A stretch of DNA of 64,000 nucleotides from an uncultured Pseudobdellovibrionaceae bacterium (GTDB lineage Bacteria > Patescibacteriota > Minisyncoccia > Moranbacterales > GCA-2747515), in assembly GCA_964463705.1 (NCBI GenBank), contig CAYXCH010000021.1:65162-129161 (forward strand), in the 5' to 3' direction. Under the pieces are notes generated by a model that was not told the origin of the DNA, ran no database searches, and was given only the letters and a program-made list of their open reading frames with translations. The position numbers were made by a program, and so were the translations under genes. Below are positions 8,631 through 19,357 of this stretch, in pieces. The stretch's first letter is position 1, and each line of letters begins with the position of its first letter.

Positions 8631-9647
8631 TTACTGTAACTGAGAACGGAGATAAATCGCCGCATCTTCCGGTGACACCGTAATAATTTCCATACTCGTT
8701 GCCAATTCAAAGCCCGCAATCTTCGTAAACCGCGGGACAATATCCACATACCACATATAGTGCCGATAATCATATCCATCACACGGCGCCGTGTGAAAAA
8801 ATACATTGACCGCCGGATCACCAAATCCCGTATGCAACGCCCGAAGCGCGGCACGTAAGATTTCCGCCAACGCCACCTTCTTCCCATCCGTAATCCGCTC
8901 AAAATACGGCTGTGGATCTTTTGGTAAAATTTGCATGGCATAATTCATGCGAGAAGCAAACGGACACAATAACACAAAATCATCATTTTCCGCCACAATC
9001 CGCGCCCGACGATTCAATTCCCCCTCCACCAATACATGGAACGGACTAAGACGATGTTTTTGATAATACCGCTCCACAGCATCCACTTCCATTTGCACAA
9101 CCAACGGAACTACCGGCAATGCCAGAATTTGCGCATGCGGATGACGAATAGATGCTCCGGCTCGCGACCCGTGATTGTAAAACATGCTAACATACCGAAT
9201 AACACGAGAACGCATATGTGCCAAATAGCGATCTTGAAATGCATCAATCACCTCCGCCAATTCCGCTGTTTCCAACAGCGCAAACGGACGAGACGGATCA
9301 CGCGTCACCACCAACTCATGAGCGCCAAATCCCGACACCGCGCTATGTGGCCCATCATCAATCGCCTGCATGGGAACCTCTGCGGATAGTGCGGGGTATT
9401 TATTCGGAAATACACGCGTTGTCCAGGAACCGCTATCATCACGATAAATCAATACATCCTCTTCTTGACCGGATGCCACCGGATCGGCAAACGGATCATT
9501 TCCATCCATGCCCGTACTCTCCATCGCCGATTGTTCCTCACGAAACTCATCGGGACGCCGACGACGAACACGAGAAAGAATCACCCACTCTCCGGTTATC
9601 ATGTTTTGCCGAAGTTGGATGTCCCCGCGATCAATTGTTGTTGTCAT
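8631..9647 (-). CDS. galT: Galactose-1-phosphate uridylyltransferase (GalT family)
   Basis: WVILS..RRRRP, VFPNKYPAL, AGASIRHPHAQ active-site motif, AGFELAT. Confidence 0.9.
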   Translation of the reverse strand: MTTTIDRGDIQLRQNMITGEWVILSRVRRRRPDEFREEQSAMESTGMDGNDPFADPVASGQEEDVLIYRDDSGSWTTRVFPNKYPALSAEVPMQAIDDGPHSAVSGFGAHELVVTRDPSRPFALLETAELAEVIDAFQDRYLAHMRSRVIRYVSMFYNHGSRAGASIRHPHAQILALPVVPLVVQMEVDAVERYYQKHRLSPFHVLVEGELNRRARIVAENDDFVLLCPFASRMNYAMQILPKDPQPYFERITDGKKVALAEILRAALRALHTGFGDPAVNVFFHTAPCDGYDYRHYMWYVDIVPRFTKIAGFELATSMEIITVSPEDAAIYLRSQLQ

Positions 9648-10459
9648 AATGCTGTGTTTTTATTGACGGTTGATGATTCTGTTTTTAGTGTACCACAATC
9701 ACGTGCCCGATCATATACGCCGCGCCAGAGTCTCCAACGAACCTTAAACAAATCAATAATTACTTGCACAAACCCGTTCGGACCAAACAGACTTACCGTT
9801 GACCCCTCCTCATTCATCCAGCGTACGGGAAGCTGTACAACACGGTATCCATGCCGCCGAGCAATCGCAATCATTTCAAAATCAAACCCAAACCGATCCA
9901 CCATCATTCTCGGCGCAATATCCTCCGCCGCCCGAGCGGATAACATTTTAAATCCACACTGTGTATCCGGATATCGCCACAACCCTAATACAATCCGAAT
10001 CAACCAATTTCCCATATCTCCCATAAGCTCCCGGTATCGTGGCTGGTGCACTTTAATATACGCTCCCTCAATATCCCGCGATCCGATCAACACGTCATTG
10101 TTGTTCGCCACTTCCATAAATGCATCAAGATGAGTAATGGACGTGGATCCGTCCGCATCCATAAATAATCGCCACTTCCCCTGTGCATTACATAATCCCT
10201 GTCGCACAACATATCCCTTACCGTGATTGTCCGGATTATCAATGACGCGCAAGGCGGGAATTTGTTGCATATAATTGCGAGCAACGGCAGCGGTATCATC
10301 GGGGGATCCGTCCACTACGACAATAATTTCATACGTCCACTCCGGATGCGCGGCAAAATATTCTTTAATTTCCAATAGTGTACGCCCAATACGCTCCCCT
10401 TCCTTATACGCCGGAATAATTACCGAAAAGAATGGCGACTCCTGTATTTTTTGCATCAT
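9644..10459 (-). CDS. GT2 polyprenol-phosphate glycosyltransferase (dolichyl-phosphate glucosyltransferase-like)
   Basis: SVIIPAY, VVDGSPD, NHGKG, FMDADGS, DTQCGFK, FGFDFE. Confidence 0.9.
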   Translation of the reverse strand: MMQKIQESPFFSVIIPAYKEGERIGRTLLEIKEYFAAHPEWTYEIIVVVDGSPDDTAAVARNYMQQIPALRVIDNPDNHGKGYVVRQGLCNAQGKWRLFMDADGSTSITHLDAFMEVANNNDVLIGSRDIEGAYIKVHQPRYRELMGDMGNWLIRIVLGLWRYPDTQCGFKMLSARAAEDIAPRMMVDRFGFDFEMIAIARRHGYRVVQLPVRWMNEEGSTVSLFGPNGFVQVIIDLFKVRWRLWRGVYDRARDCGTLKTESSTVNKNTAL

Positions 10460-10487
10460 AAGCTATCTGTCACAAAAATTTACTTCA

Positions 10488-13223
10488 TTATATCACAGTA
10501 TGGGATACTGGTACATAACGCTCCGTTGTCCTCCGCTGCAATCGCCGCAACCACCCCTTTACACACTCAATCATTACAATCTCTAGCAGCACGACAAGTA
10601 CAATAATTACTCCCATTGAGGCGGGGATCAATACTGTCCCCAACAATGCCTGCAAAGAGGGAACGAAAACACCGGCAATCAGCAATCCCAAAGAAATTGC
10701 GACGGAAATATTTAAATACATGTTCCCCACCGCCGCACGAGAAAGCAATCGTGTATGAAGTGTTTGCACACTATATGCAAATACCAACGAATCCATACTC
10801 ATGAGTATAAACAGTATCGTTCGCACTTCTTCGGGCGATAGTCCTTTCGCCGTCGCATAGAAAAACATGCCCACTGCCGCTATGCTGCTGATAACAAATA
10901 CCGCTATGGCGAACAGGATTGTACCGCGCGTAAATAACGATGCGGTAATTCGTTGCGGACGCTGACGCATCATGGAGTCGGCGCCGTGACGAGATGCTGT
11001 CAATGCCATACCGGGCAACCCATCTTCTATCAAATTAATCCACAAAATTTGTGCCGGAAGTAACGGGAGCGGAGCACCGGCAAACAGTGCGGCAAAGAAT
11101 AACACCAGCTCCGTAAAGTCATCCACCAACAAAAAGAACAGCAACCGTTTAACGTTAAGAAATACCAGTCGTCCCTGACGAATTGCGCGAACAATGGTTG
11201 TAAAACTATCATCCAACAACACAACATCCGCCACGCTGCGTGCAAGATCCGTTCCACTTCCCGGTGCTATGGATACGTCCGCCGCTTTCAACGCCGGCGC
11301 ATCGTTTACACCGTCCCCCACCATCGCCACTACGTGACCGTGTGTCATCAATGCACGCACAATACGAATTTTGTGCTCGGGCGCCACTCGTGCAAACAGT
11401 CGCACCGATTGTACCGCTGTCGCCAATTGTTTCTCGGACAATTCGGATAACTCCGCTCCTTCCATAACCTCCTGAGGCAAGACATCAATCCCGGCATCCG
11501 CCAATACCGCCATCGCGGTATCACGGTGATCGCCGGTAATGACTATACTGCGTACTCCCGCCGCCTGTGCCGATTGTACCGATGCGCGAACATCCGTTCG
11601 CACCGGATCATGCAATACCAGTACACCGACAAAAACCATTCGTTGCGGCGCAGCGGTTGTTTCTTTCTGTGATGCCGGACGCAGGGCGCACACCAGCACC
11701 CGATACCCATCACGCATCAGTGCCGTAATCGCCGCCAATACATCGGCCCGCTTCGCCGAGGTCATCGGCTTCACCACTCCCCGGATATCATAATGTGTAC
11801 AATATTCCAATAGACGATCGGGGGCACCGACTGCCATTAGTATTCGCTTACCGGATGCCACATCATACAATCGTGCCGCATATTTTCGCGCGGAATGAAA
11901 CGGTACTTGCGCACGTAGTGTATACGGGGTCGCATCACACCCGGCGTGCAGACCGGCATGGAGTAACGCGGCATCCGTGGGACGACCGTGAATAGTCGGC
12001 TCTTTCTCCGATACTCCCGTATAATCTACCGTTGCATCATTAACAAGATACCCGATTTCCACAATTCGCCGATACCGAGAGTTTGTCGCCGATTGTTCTA
12101 CCGTTACTCCACGATTTGATATATCCGATGTCGCTTCAGAAATATCCTCCGGTGTCAATATGCGCCGAACACGCATCACCCCCGTTGTCAACGTACCGGT
12201 TTTATCCATGCAAATCACACTGATCGCACCCATTGTTTCCACTGCACGTAACCGCCGAACCAATGCTTTGCGCCGCATTAATCGCCTCATGGCGATGACA
12301 AGCACTACCGTAATCGCCGGCAGCAACCCCTCGGGAATCGTACTGACTACCAATGCCACCGCTGTCAGTGCGATAATGGAAACATCATGACCCATCCATA
12401 TTCCCACCGTAACAAACGCCGCGACGGATACTACAACAAATACCGCCATTCCGTGGACAATACGGGTCAATAATTGCTGCAATGGAGAGGGTCGCGATTC
12501 TTGCTTCGCAATCAGGGCGGCAATCCGTCCCATCTGAGTTCGCATTCCCGTGGCGGTGACAACGTAGCGCACCACACCGTCTTCCACCGTTGTTCCGGCA
12601 TACACCATAGAGGAACGGTCCATCACATCCGTCTCCCGTTCCACCGGCTCCACTTGCTTGGGAACACACTGTGATTCTCCCGATAACGCCGCCTCCGATA
12701 CACATACCGCATCTGCCACAAGCACTCGTCCATCCGCCACAATGCGATCACCCGGACGAGCGATTACCACATCACCGCACACTACATCCTCACTGCGGAC
12801 ACTGCGTAACGTTCCCTCTCGAAGGACGGTGGCACGAAACGTTAGTGCGGAACGCAGTACCGCCAATGCTCGTTGCGCTTTAAATTCTTGTACCGCACCT
12901 AACAGCGCATTAAGAAGGACAACAATACTGATAAATATCCCGTCCGCTACATGATGAATGGCAAACGACACGGCAGCCGCAGCCAAAATCATAATCATGA
13001 GCGCACTGCGAAACTGATGGGAAAAACTTTGTATAAATGTCGCCGGTGGCGGAGACGGCATCGTATTGGCGCCATAGAGTGTCCGGTGATGATCCACCAC
13101 CGCTTCCGATAATCCGCGTTCCGGATTACTCTCTACCAGCGCCACCACTTGCTCTGCTTCCTGAGCGTGCGCATCGGCACAGCAATAGTTCTCGTCGTCC
13201 GTTCCCGAATGTTTCCTCTTCAT
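10488..13223 (-). CDS. P-type cation-transporting ATPase (P2A-like)
   Basis: SGES actuator, IPEGL, DKTGTLT phosphorylation site, TGD, GDGVNDAPALK, ILWINL. Confidence 0.95.
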   Translation of the reverse strand: MKRKHSGTDDENYCCADAHAQEAEQVVALVESNPERGLSEAVVDHHRTLYGANTMPSPPPATFIQSFSHQFRSALMIMILAAAAVSFAIHHVADGIFISIVVLLNALLGAVQEFKAQRALAVLRSALTFRATVLREGTLRSVRSEDVVCGDVVIARPGDRIVADGRVLVADAVCVSEAALSGESQCVPKQVEPVERETDVMDRSSMVYAGTTVEDGVVRYVVTATGMRTQMGRIAALIAKQESRPSPLQQLLTRIVHGMAVFVVVSVAAFVTVGIWMGHDVSIIALTAVALVVSTIPEGLLPAITVVLVIAMRRLMRRKALVRRLRAVETMGAISVICMDKTGTLTTGVMRVRRILTPEDISEATSDISNRGVTVEQSATNSRYRRIVEIGYLVNDATVDYTGVSEKEPTIHGRPTDAALLHAGLHAGCDATPYTLRAQVPFHSARKYAARLYDVASGKRILMAVGAPDRLLEYCTHYDIRGVVKPMTSAKRADVLAAITALMRDGYRVLVCALRPASQKETTAAPQRMVFVGVLVLHDPVRTDVRASVQSAQAAGVRSIVITGDHRDTAMAVLADAGIDVLPQEVMEGAELSELSEKQLATAVQSVRLFARVAPEHKIRIVRALMTHGHVVAMVGDGVNDAPALKAADVSIAPGSGTDLARSVADVVLLDDSFTTIVRAIRQGRLVFLNVKRLLFFLLVDDFTELVLFFAALFAGAPLPLLPAQILWINLIEDGLPGMALTASRHGADSMMRQRPQRITASLFTRGTILFAIAVFVISSIAAVGMFFYATAKGLSPEEVRTILFILMSMDSLVFAYSVQTLHTRLLSRAAVGNMYLNISVAISLGLLIAGVFVPSLQALLGTVLIPASMGVIIVLVVLLEIVMIECVKGWLRRLQRRTTERYVPVSHTVI

Positions 13224-13236
13224 TACCGTATCATTT

Positions 13237-14196
13237 TCACGATTGGTGTTTCGTTACTTCCGGAGATGCGGGAGCTTCCCACTGCGCCAAAATATATAGC
13301 GCACCACCGACCAATATTAATGCCGCCAGCGTCCCCACTGTTACGTGTACTATCGTTCGCCATACTCCACGATATGAACGACGGCGCCGCGCAGAAGAGG
13401 TAGATGAGGCAGAAGATGTGTCAGAGGCATCAGATGAAGATGATGCGGAGGAGTCATTCTTGATTGCGCCGGATTTGATCGGTGCGGATACGGTATCGGA
13501 TAGATCAGAAGATGTTGTGCTCTGTGCGGCATCTGTGGATGGCAATATTTCTTGTGGTGATTGCGTCGGTAATATCTCGGGAGATAAAATTCCATGCCGA
13601 CGAGCGGTGCGATATAAATCGGCACCCAATGTTGGCGCGGTGGCACGAAGCATATCATAAAACGTCCATACGGAATCATCTATCGTCTCATCACTACGCA
13701 CCAATGCATACTGTGCGGCGGTCAATTGCGCATCCGCCGCCGCCACGGCGCGCAAAAACTCAGAACGCGGCATACTGTTTGCTGTTTCAGAAATACTAAA
13801 TGCACGATGCAATGCCTCACCGATATCCTGAGAAATTTGCTGCGGTGTTCGCGTCCGAAACACCGCCGCCAATGTTTCATACGGAACCCGATCCAACACA
13901 CGTAATGCCGCCATCACGCGCACCGGAACGTCCGAAATTGCAAAAAATCCATCCCGACGCGATCCGGAACGAGCCGGTTGCGCCGCCTCATATGCCGCCC
14001 GAATAACGCGAACATCAGGATGCTCCGATCCCGCAAATCGCCCTGCCGCGACGGCACGAGATAATAATACCGGCACCACAGCGGGACGAACACCACAGAG
14101 CGCAGCGATTCGCGCCGCAAGGATTTCATGATATGTCGCCGTCGGAGGAAACGGAACAGTGGAGCGAGGAGATGATGATTGTGTTTTTGCTTTCAT
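13237..14196 (-). CDS. Hypothetical protein with Ser-rich linker and C-terminal TM helix
   Basis: Long ORF filling the gap between aspS and the ATPase on the coding strand; hydrophobic C-terminal segment. Confidence 0.65.
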   Translation of the reverse strand: MKAKTQSSSPRSTVPFPPTATYHEILAARIAALCGVRPAVVPVLLSRAVAAGRFAGSEHPDVRVIRAAYEAAQPARSGSRRDGFFAISDVPVRVMAALRVLDRVPYETLAAVFRTRTPQQISQDIGEALHRAFSISETANSMPRSEFLRAVAAADAQLTAAQYALVRSDETIDDSVWTFYDMLRATAPTLGADLYRTARRHGILSPEILPTQSPQEILPSTDAAQSTTSSDLSDTVSAPIKSGAIKNDSSASSSSDASDTSSASSTSSARRRRSYRGVWRTIVHVTVGTLAALILVGGALYILAQWEAPASPEVTKHQS

Positions 14197-14219
14197 TGGT
14201 ATGATCAATTGTGGAAGGA

Positions 14220-16034
14220 TTATGACGATGTCTCCACGGTGGGCGGTGACACCGGACGAACATGCAGTGCGCGCAACTGTTTTGCATCTGTTGGCGCCGG
14301 TGCGTCCATCATAACATCTCGTCCCGCACCATCTTTTGGAAACGCATAAATATCACGAATGGATGAAACATCGTTTAATACCATAAATAACCGATCAATA
14401 CCGAGCGCGCTTCCGCCGTGCGGCGGCGCTCCGTACCGAAACGCTCGCATCATCGCACCAAATTGCGCTTCCACCTCCTCCGCGGAATATCCGGCAATCT
14501 GAAATGCGGCAACCATTATATCCGGATCATGATTGCGAATCGCACCGCTAAGAACTTCAAAACCGTTGAGAACCAAATCGTACTGCTGTCCGAGAATGTC
14601 CAACGGATCAGATTCCTTTAATGCATTCAGTCCTCCCTGCGGCATGGAAAACGGGTTGTGTGAAAAATCAATCGTCCCCTCTTCCGTATGCTCATACATT
14701 GGAAAATCCACAATCCAACACCACGCCGCCGCCCGATCATCCTTTAATCCCAATTTTGTTCCACAAACATCGCGAACCGCCCCCAATGCATCACATACCG
14801 TTCGCCATGTATCTGCACCAAAAAATAGTATATCCCCCGGCTCGGCGCCAACGTGTCGTATCAATGCCTGTGCTGTTTCCTCCCCCAAAAACTTCACGAT
14901 GGGAGACTGTAATCGCCCCTCCTCTGTAACGATAATATACGCCAATCCCTTTGCTCCGTTCCGGAGAGCAACCTCCGTTAACTCATCAATTTCTTTACGT
15001 GTGAACCGTGCTCCACCACGAACATTCAGTGCATGAACCACACCGCCGCGCTCCACTGCGGAAGAAAAGACGCCAAACCCGCATGTCGCCACCAACTCTG
15101 TCACCGGCACAATCTCCATGGAAAATCGCAAATCCGGCTTATCGCTACCGTATCGCGTCATCGCCTCCCGCCATGACAAGCGAACAAATGCCCCGTCCGC
15201 CTCCGTCGCCACCAATTTCTTGTCGGAAAACTCTCGTGTCAATAATACCGCCAATGGCTCAATGGTTTGCAGAACATCTTCCTGCTCCACAAAGCTCATC
15301 TCCATATCCGCCTGATAAAATTCTCCATAATGCCGATCCGCACGCGGATCCTCATCACGAAAACATGGTGCGATTTGAAAATACTTATCCACACCGCCCA
15401 CCATCAGCAATTGCTTAAACTGTTGCGGTGCCTGTGGAAGCGCATAACATGTGCCCGGATGCAAACGACTCGGTACCAAAAAATCCCGCGCCCCTTCCGG
15501 TGAGGGACTTGCCAGAATCGGTGTTTGCACTTCTGTAAATCCCTCCGAATGAAAATACTCACGAATTCGCCGGATATACCGATCTTTCAACTGCAACACA
15601 TGCTGCATCCGTTCTCGTCGCAGATCCACATACCGATGACGCAGACGCAATGACTCATTCACATCTTCTCCGTCTCGTGTAATATCAAACGGGGGTGTAT
15701 GAGAACGCCCAAGTACCTCCACACGAGTAGCCTCCACTTCTATCTCTCCCGTATCCATTGCGTCATTGACCATTTCCTCCGGTCGCCGAACCACCCGTCC
15801 TTCCACACAAATTACCCACTCATTGCGCAGTGCATCCGCCGCCGCATGTGCCGCCGCCCCGGCACCGTCACCATGCGCCACATCAAATGTCACCTGCGTA
15901 ATTCCGTACCGATCACGCAAATCAATAAAAATAATTCCACCGTGATCGCGTCGCCGATGCACCCAACCACAGAGCGTCACTGTCTCGCCCTCCTGCATCG
16001 TCCGCAATTCTCCACATGTATGTGTTCGTAACAT
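14220..16034 (-). CDS. aspS: Aspartate--tRNA ligase
   Basis: RTHTCGEL, RRDHGGIIFIDLRD, PEGARDFLVPSR, YFQIAPCFRDED, YGAPPHGG. Confidence 0.98.
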   Translation of the reverse strand: MLRTHTCGELRTMQEGETVTLCGWVHRRRDHGGIIFIDLRDRYGITQVTFDVAHGDGAGAAAHAAADALRNEWVICVEGRVVRRPEEMVNDAMDTGEIEVEATRVEVLGRSHTPPFDITRDGEDVNESLRLRHRYVDLRRERMQHVLQLKDRYIRRIREYFHSEGFTEVQTPILASPSPEGARDFLVPSRLHPGTCYALPQAPQQFKQLLMVGGVDKYFQIAPCFRDEDPRADRHYGEFYQADMEMSFVEQEDVLQTIEPLAVLLTREFSDKKLVATEADGAFVRLSWREAMTRYGSDKPDLRFSMEIVPVTELVATCGFGVFSSAVERGGVVHALNVRGGARFTRKEIDELTEVALRNGAKGLAYIIVTEEGRLQSPIVKFLGEETAQALIRHVGAEPGDILFFGADTWRTVCDALGAVRDVCGTKLGLKDDRAAAWCWIVDFPMYEHTEEGTIDFSHNPFSMPQGGLNALKESDPLDILGQQYDLVLNGFEVLSGAIRNHDPDIMVAAFQIAGYSAEEVEAQFGAMMRAFRYGAPPHGGSALGIDRLFMVLNDVSSIRDIYAFPKDGAGRDVMMDAPAPTDAKQLRALHVRPVSPPTVETSS

Positions 16035-16091
16035 AAAATTATATCATCACCAAAACCCTCTACATATCAATCCGACTCGCCAATTACTCTC

Positions 16092-16120
16092 AGTGTACAA
16101 GACACACCATATTCTGTCCA
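16092..16120 (-). promoter_or_regulatory. Putative aspS promoter
   Basis: TGGACA-N17-TACACT. Confidence 0.5.
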
Positions 16121-16217
16121 TGATCAAAGCGTGCCACACATACCGCATCCTGACGACCGGTACACTACTTCTCTGTATCAGCAGTATGTATTTTAATCAA
16201 TGTAACAAGAGTAAAAT

Positions 16218-17186
16218 TTAGAGTCCGCGAAATGTCGGAAGACCGGTTGCCGGATTTGTCGGAACATAAATGGTTCCCTTGCGGTCTTTCAACTCATTGA
16301 TGTAGAGATACTCCAAATATCGCGGAGTTAATGATTCATTGATAATCTTTTGCGCATCTCGTTGTCCCTGCGCCTCAATGCGTTTTCGCTCCGCCTCCTT
16401 ACGCTCTTTTTCCAGCAAAAAATCATACCGCTGCGACTCCTGCTCCGCTTGCAATTTCTGTTGGATACTGTCCGCAAGATTTTTCGGCAGTGTAACGTTA
16501 CGCAGCAATACCTGTTCCACAATAATTCCTCGAGGCGTAATGCTCTCCCGCAACCGCTGAACAATCGCTTGCGCAATCTCTTCTCGCTTATCCGAGTACA
16601 CCGCCTTTGCATCATACTGCGCAATTACCTCGCGAATTGCACTCCGAATCTCCGGTCGGATAATTTTTTCCGCATAATCAATATTTAAATCGCGATATAC
16701 ATCGGATGCCCGTGCAGAATCCAAACGATAAAATACCGTAATATCCAAATCCACCGCCAACCCCTCATTGGTTAGCGCACGAATCGCATCCGCTCCCTTC
16801 CGCCGCCCTTCTCCGTGTGCAACACTCATGGTGTACTCCTCGGTACGTATACTCATCATAATGATGCGTGCCAACGGATTTACCAAATGCAACCCGCTGG
16901 AAAGCTCTCGTTCTCGTACCTTTCCGAACACATCCACTACACCGGTATGTCCGGCCGGAACGACAACAATTGCACGAGACAGTATTACCAGTCCAATGAT
17001 AATCCCGAGAATAAGTATTGTCTTCTTACGAATGGCGTCAATAACGGAACGAAGATTGGAAGACATATTGTAAAGCGGTTGATGTTGTGACATCCCGTTG
17101 ATTCCGCGCATCATGCTCCGTTGAATAAATGATGAGCGCAAAAACAATATCAGTGCAAGAAACAAAAGAAAAAGCACTGTAGACAT
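16218..17186 (-). CDS. SPFH/band 7 (prohibitin-like) membrane protein
   Basis: VVPAGHTGVV..FGKV, GLHLVNP, IIRPEIRSAIREV, coiled coil ending EAERKRIEAQG. Confidence 0.92.
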   Translation of the reverse strand: MSTVLFLLFLALILFLRSSFIQRSMMRGINGMSQHQPLYNMSSNLRSVIDAIRKKTILILGIIIGLVILSRAIVVVPAGHTGVVDVFGKVRERELSSGLHLVNPLARIIMMSIRTEEYTMSVAHGEGRRKGADAIRALTNEGLAVDLDITVFYRLDSARASDVYRDLNIDYAEKIIRPEIRSAIREVIAQYDAKAVYSDKREEIAQAIVQRLRESITPRGIIVEQVLLRNVTLPKNLADSIQQKLQAEQESQRYDFLLEKERKEAERKRIEAQGQRDAQKIINESLTPRYLEYLYINELKDRKGTIYVPTNPATGLPTFRGL

Positions 17187-17281
17187 AAGATTATCGTGGT
17201 TATGGTTTACATAATAACTATACTATAAATAGGAGAACTGCAAAAGATTGTTCCGTAGCGCCTATTGTATTTAATGATACA

Positions 17282-17308
17282 CAAAAACCGCGCATAGCGC
17301 GGTTTTTG
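17282..17308. terminator. Intrinsic terminator (symmetric)
   Basis: CAAAAACCGCGC-ATA-GCGCGGTTTTTG, just downstream of the stop at 17329. Confidence 0.8.
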
Positions 17309-17328
17309 GTCAATACACGCGATAGTGT

Positions 17329-18033
17329 CTACTGCTTGCGCGTCATGCGATCCAATGCGCGAGCCGCGTGTTCCTTTCCGCCCAATCCGAACGCCAATCC
17401 CAGCGCCAAGGAAAGTGCGGCAACGATACCGGTGAACAGGATATCCACCATTGCGCCACCGATACCCAAATGATTCAGTGCCGCCAAAACGGTCACTGTC
17501 ATAATGGCATAGTATGGCACATTGACGACAAGCGCCGTGTTGCCGACGTTCTGCGCCGTATCCACAACACGTGTTACCGCCGTACGAACCGCATTTGCCA
17601 CCAGCGATCCGACAATCAGCACAACAACGGCAATGATCACATTGGGAACATATGCCAATACATCATTGAGGAAACTGGAAAGTTGCGGTGCTCCAACAAC
17701 ATTGATAACCACGGAAAATGTCGCGATAATCACGAACCATTTTACCAGCCATGCCACCACCGTGCTGGGCTTCATATCCAAGCCGATGGAAGACAATTGC
17801 TTACTCCACCCGAGTGTGGAAAATGCCGTATCCACCTTTGCCCGACGAATCAATGTCCGTGCCAACCGCGCCAATGCTTTGGCGATAAACAGTCCGACAA
17901 GAACGATAACAATGACCAGCACTGCCGTTTTGAGGTACCCCATCAGCGCGGCAGCTCCCAACGGTCCGTTGCTGACACTATCGGCAACGGGCGAAAGATC
18001 CGCCATGATGCGATCCATATATGGTGCCTGCAT
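17329..18033 (-). CDS. Conserved TM-helix repeat protein (CmpX / MscS TM-like)
   Basis: LAYVPNVIIAVVVLIVG, ALNHLGI, ALGLAFGLGGKE. Confidence 0.8.
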   Translation of the reverse strand: MQAPYMDRIMADLSPVADSVSNGPLGAAALMGYLKTAVLVIVIVLVGLFIAKALARLARTLIRRAKVDTAFSTLGWSKQLSSIGLDMKPSTVVAWLVKWFVIIATFSVVINVVGAPQLSSFLNDVLAYVPNVIIAVVVLIVGSLVANAVRTAVTRVVDTAQNVGNTALVVNVPYYAIMTVTVLAALNHLGIGGAMVDILFTGIVAALSLALGLAFGLGGKEHAARALDRMTRKQ

Positions 18034-18118
18034 ATATTTTATAGTATTAATAACTTACAGCTATAGTGTGATGTAATTTATACACACCATTCACTTATTC
18101 AGTGTACCACAAGTTTGG

Positions 18119-19354
18119 TTAAAATACCAACCATTGCGGTGCCAACAGCAATATCAATCCCAACGCCACCATCAACACTCCACCCAACAACGTTGTCCAT
18201 CTACTATAGGACATTGCATAATGACGAATCTTTCCCATCCCGTACAGTGCCAACGCAAAGACCACCACATCATCAATCATATACAACAGGATATATATCA
18301 GCATATACCCTTGCGTCTCCATTGTGGAAAGAGCGTTCATCTCCAAAATCTTTGTAAATGTCTGCGGAATTCCGATAGAGCATGCAAACTCAAAAACATT
18401 AACACTGAATGCAATGCCAATAACACCCAGCGCCGTCACCAGTGTCAGTGGTTTTTCCGCCAACTCCCGCATCCGATTTGTAAAGCGCTCCTGTCTTTTT
18501 TCTCCGGTCACATTGCATACGGCGCGCCATGTTGCCCATTTGTAGAGAAAGTACACTCCGCTTCCCAATGCCAACGCTCCCACCAACGGTGTTACAATCC
18601 GTGACAGTCCGACAAAATCCCACGCGCTGAACCATACCATCAAAATCAAATAGTACATGAGCGCCTCCGCAAGAATAAACAACCCCGCATACTGCCACAT
18701 TCGCCGCCGCGATCCGCTATGCAACAATAATGTCAAAAATACCACCAACACCCACATTGCGCACGGATTAAATCCATCAATAAATCCCAAAATTGCGGCA
18801 ATTGCACCCAGTGAAAACGTTGCAAGATTAACAGATGTTCCCCACGGCAACCGAACACTCAGCGCATCTGCGGCACATCCCTCTGTAACATCCTCACTAC
18901 ACACCGATGCCAACGATGATGCCACCGTTATCGGTGGAGCACGGTCTTCCAAAATTTCCTCCACCGTTGTAAATTCCTTTGCCTCACTCACCGCATCACG
19001 AATTACCGCACCGGTTGTTTGCGCCGTGTCAAATCCGGCGATAATTGTCGTTCCCGCCAGCGTAATCGGTGTTCCTTGCGAAAGACCAAAGCGCTTGGCA
19101 ATTGCAACAAACTGTGCACGATGCTCCGGAACATCAATGTTGTAATACCGCACACGCAAAGAAGAGTCTTCTCGCATCCACTCTGCAAGAAACGCTTTCT
19201 CCGCCCGACAATGCGCACAATCATCCCGTACAAATACGCTGACATGCGGAGGCTCGTCCGACGTTGGAGGTGCTGTCTCCGCCGCCGAAACACCAACCGT
19301 GCCAACCAAGCAAACAATAAATGCAAGTGTTTTCAAACAGTGTTTTACCGTCAT
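18119..19354 (-). CDS. Glutaredoxin-like CxxC domain fused to CcdA/DsbD-like membrane domain
   Basis: Signal peptide, CAHC, GFIDGFNPCAMWVL and EFACSIGIP membrane cysteines. Confidence 0.8.
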   Translation of the reverse strand: MTVKHCLKTLAFIVCLVGTVGVSAAETAPPTSDEPPHVSVFVRDDCAHCRAEKAFLAEWMREDSSLRVRYYNIDVPEHRAQFVAIAKRFGLSQGTPITLAGTTIIAGFDTAQTTGAVIRDAVSEAKEFTTVEEILEDRAPPITVASSLASVCSEDVTEGCAADALSVRLPWGTSVNLATFSLGAIAAILGFIDGFNPCAMWVLVVFLTLLLHSGSRRRMWQYAGLFILAEALMYYLILMVWFSAWDFVGLSRIVTPLVGALALGSGVYFLYKWATWRAVCNVTGEKRQERFTNRMRELAEKPLTLVTALGVIGIAFSVNVFEFACSIGIPQTFTKILEMNALSTMETQGYMLIYILLYMIDDVVVFALALYGMGKIRHYAMSYSRWTTLLGGVLMVALGLILLLAPQWLVF

Positions 19355-19357
19355 ATA

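Noticed and set aside
16035-16217. Possible T-box leader for aspS (also checked pheT and hisS upstream regions)
   Set aside because: No T-box consensus (GGTGG-ACC-CG) or terminator/antiterminator pair was found.
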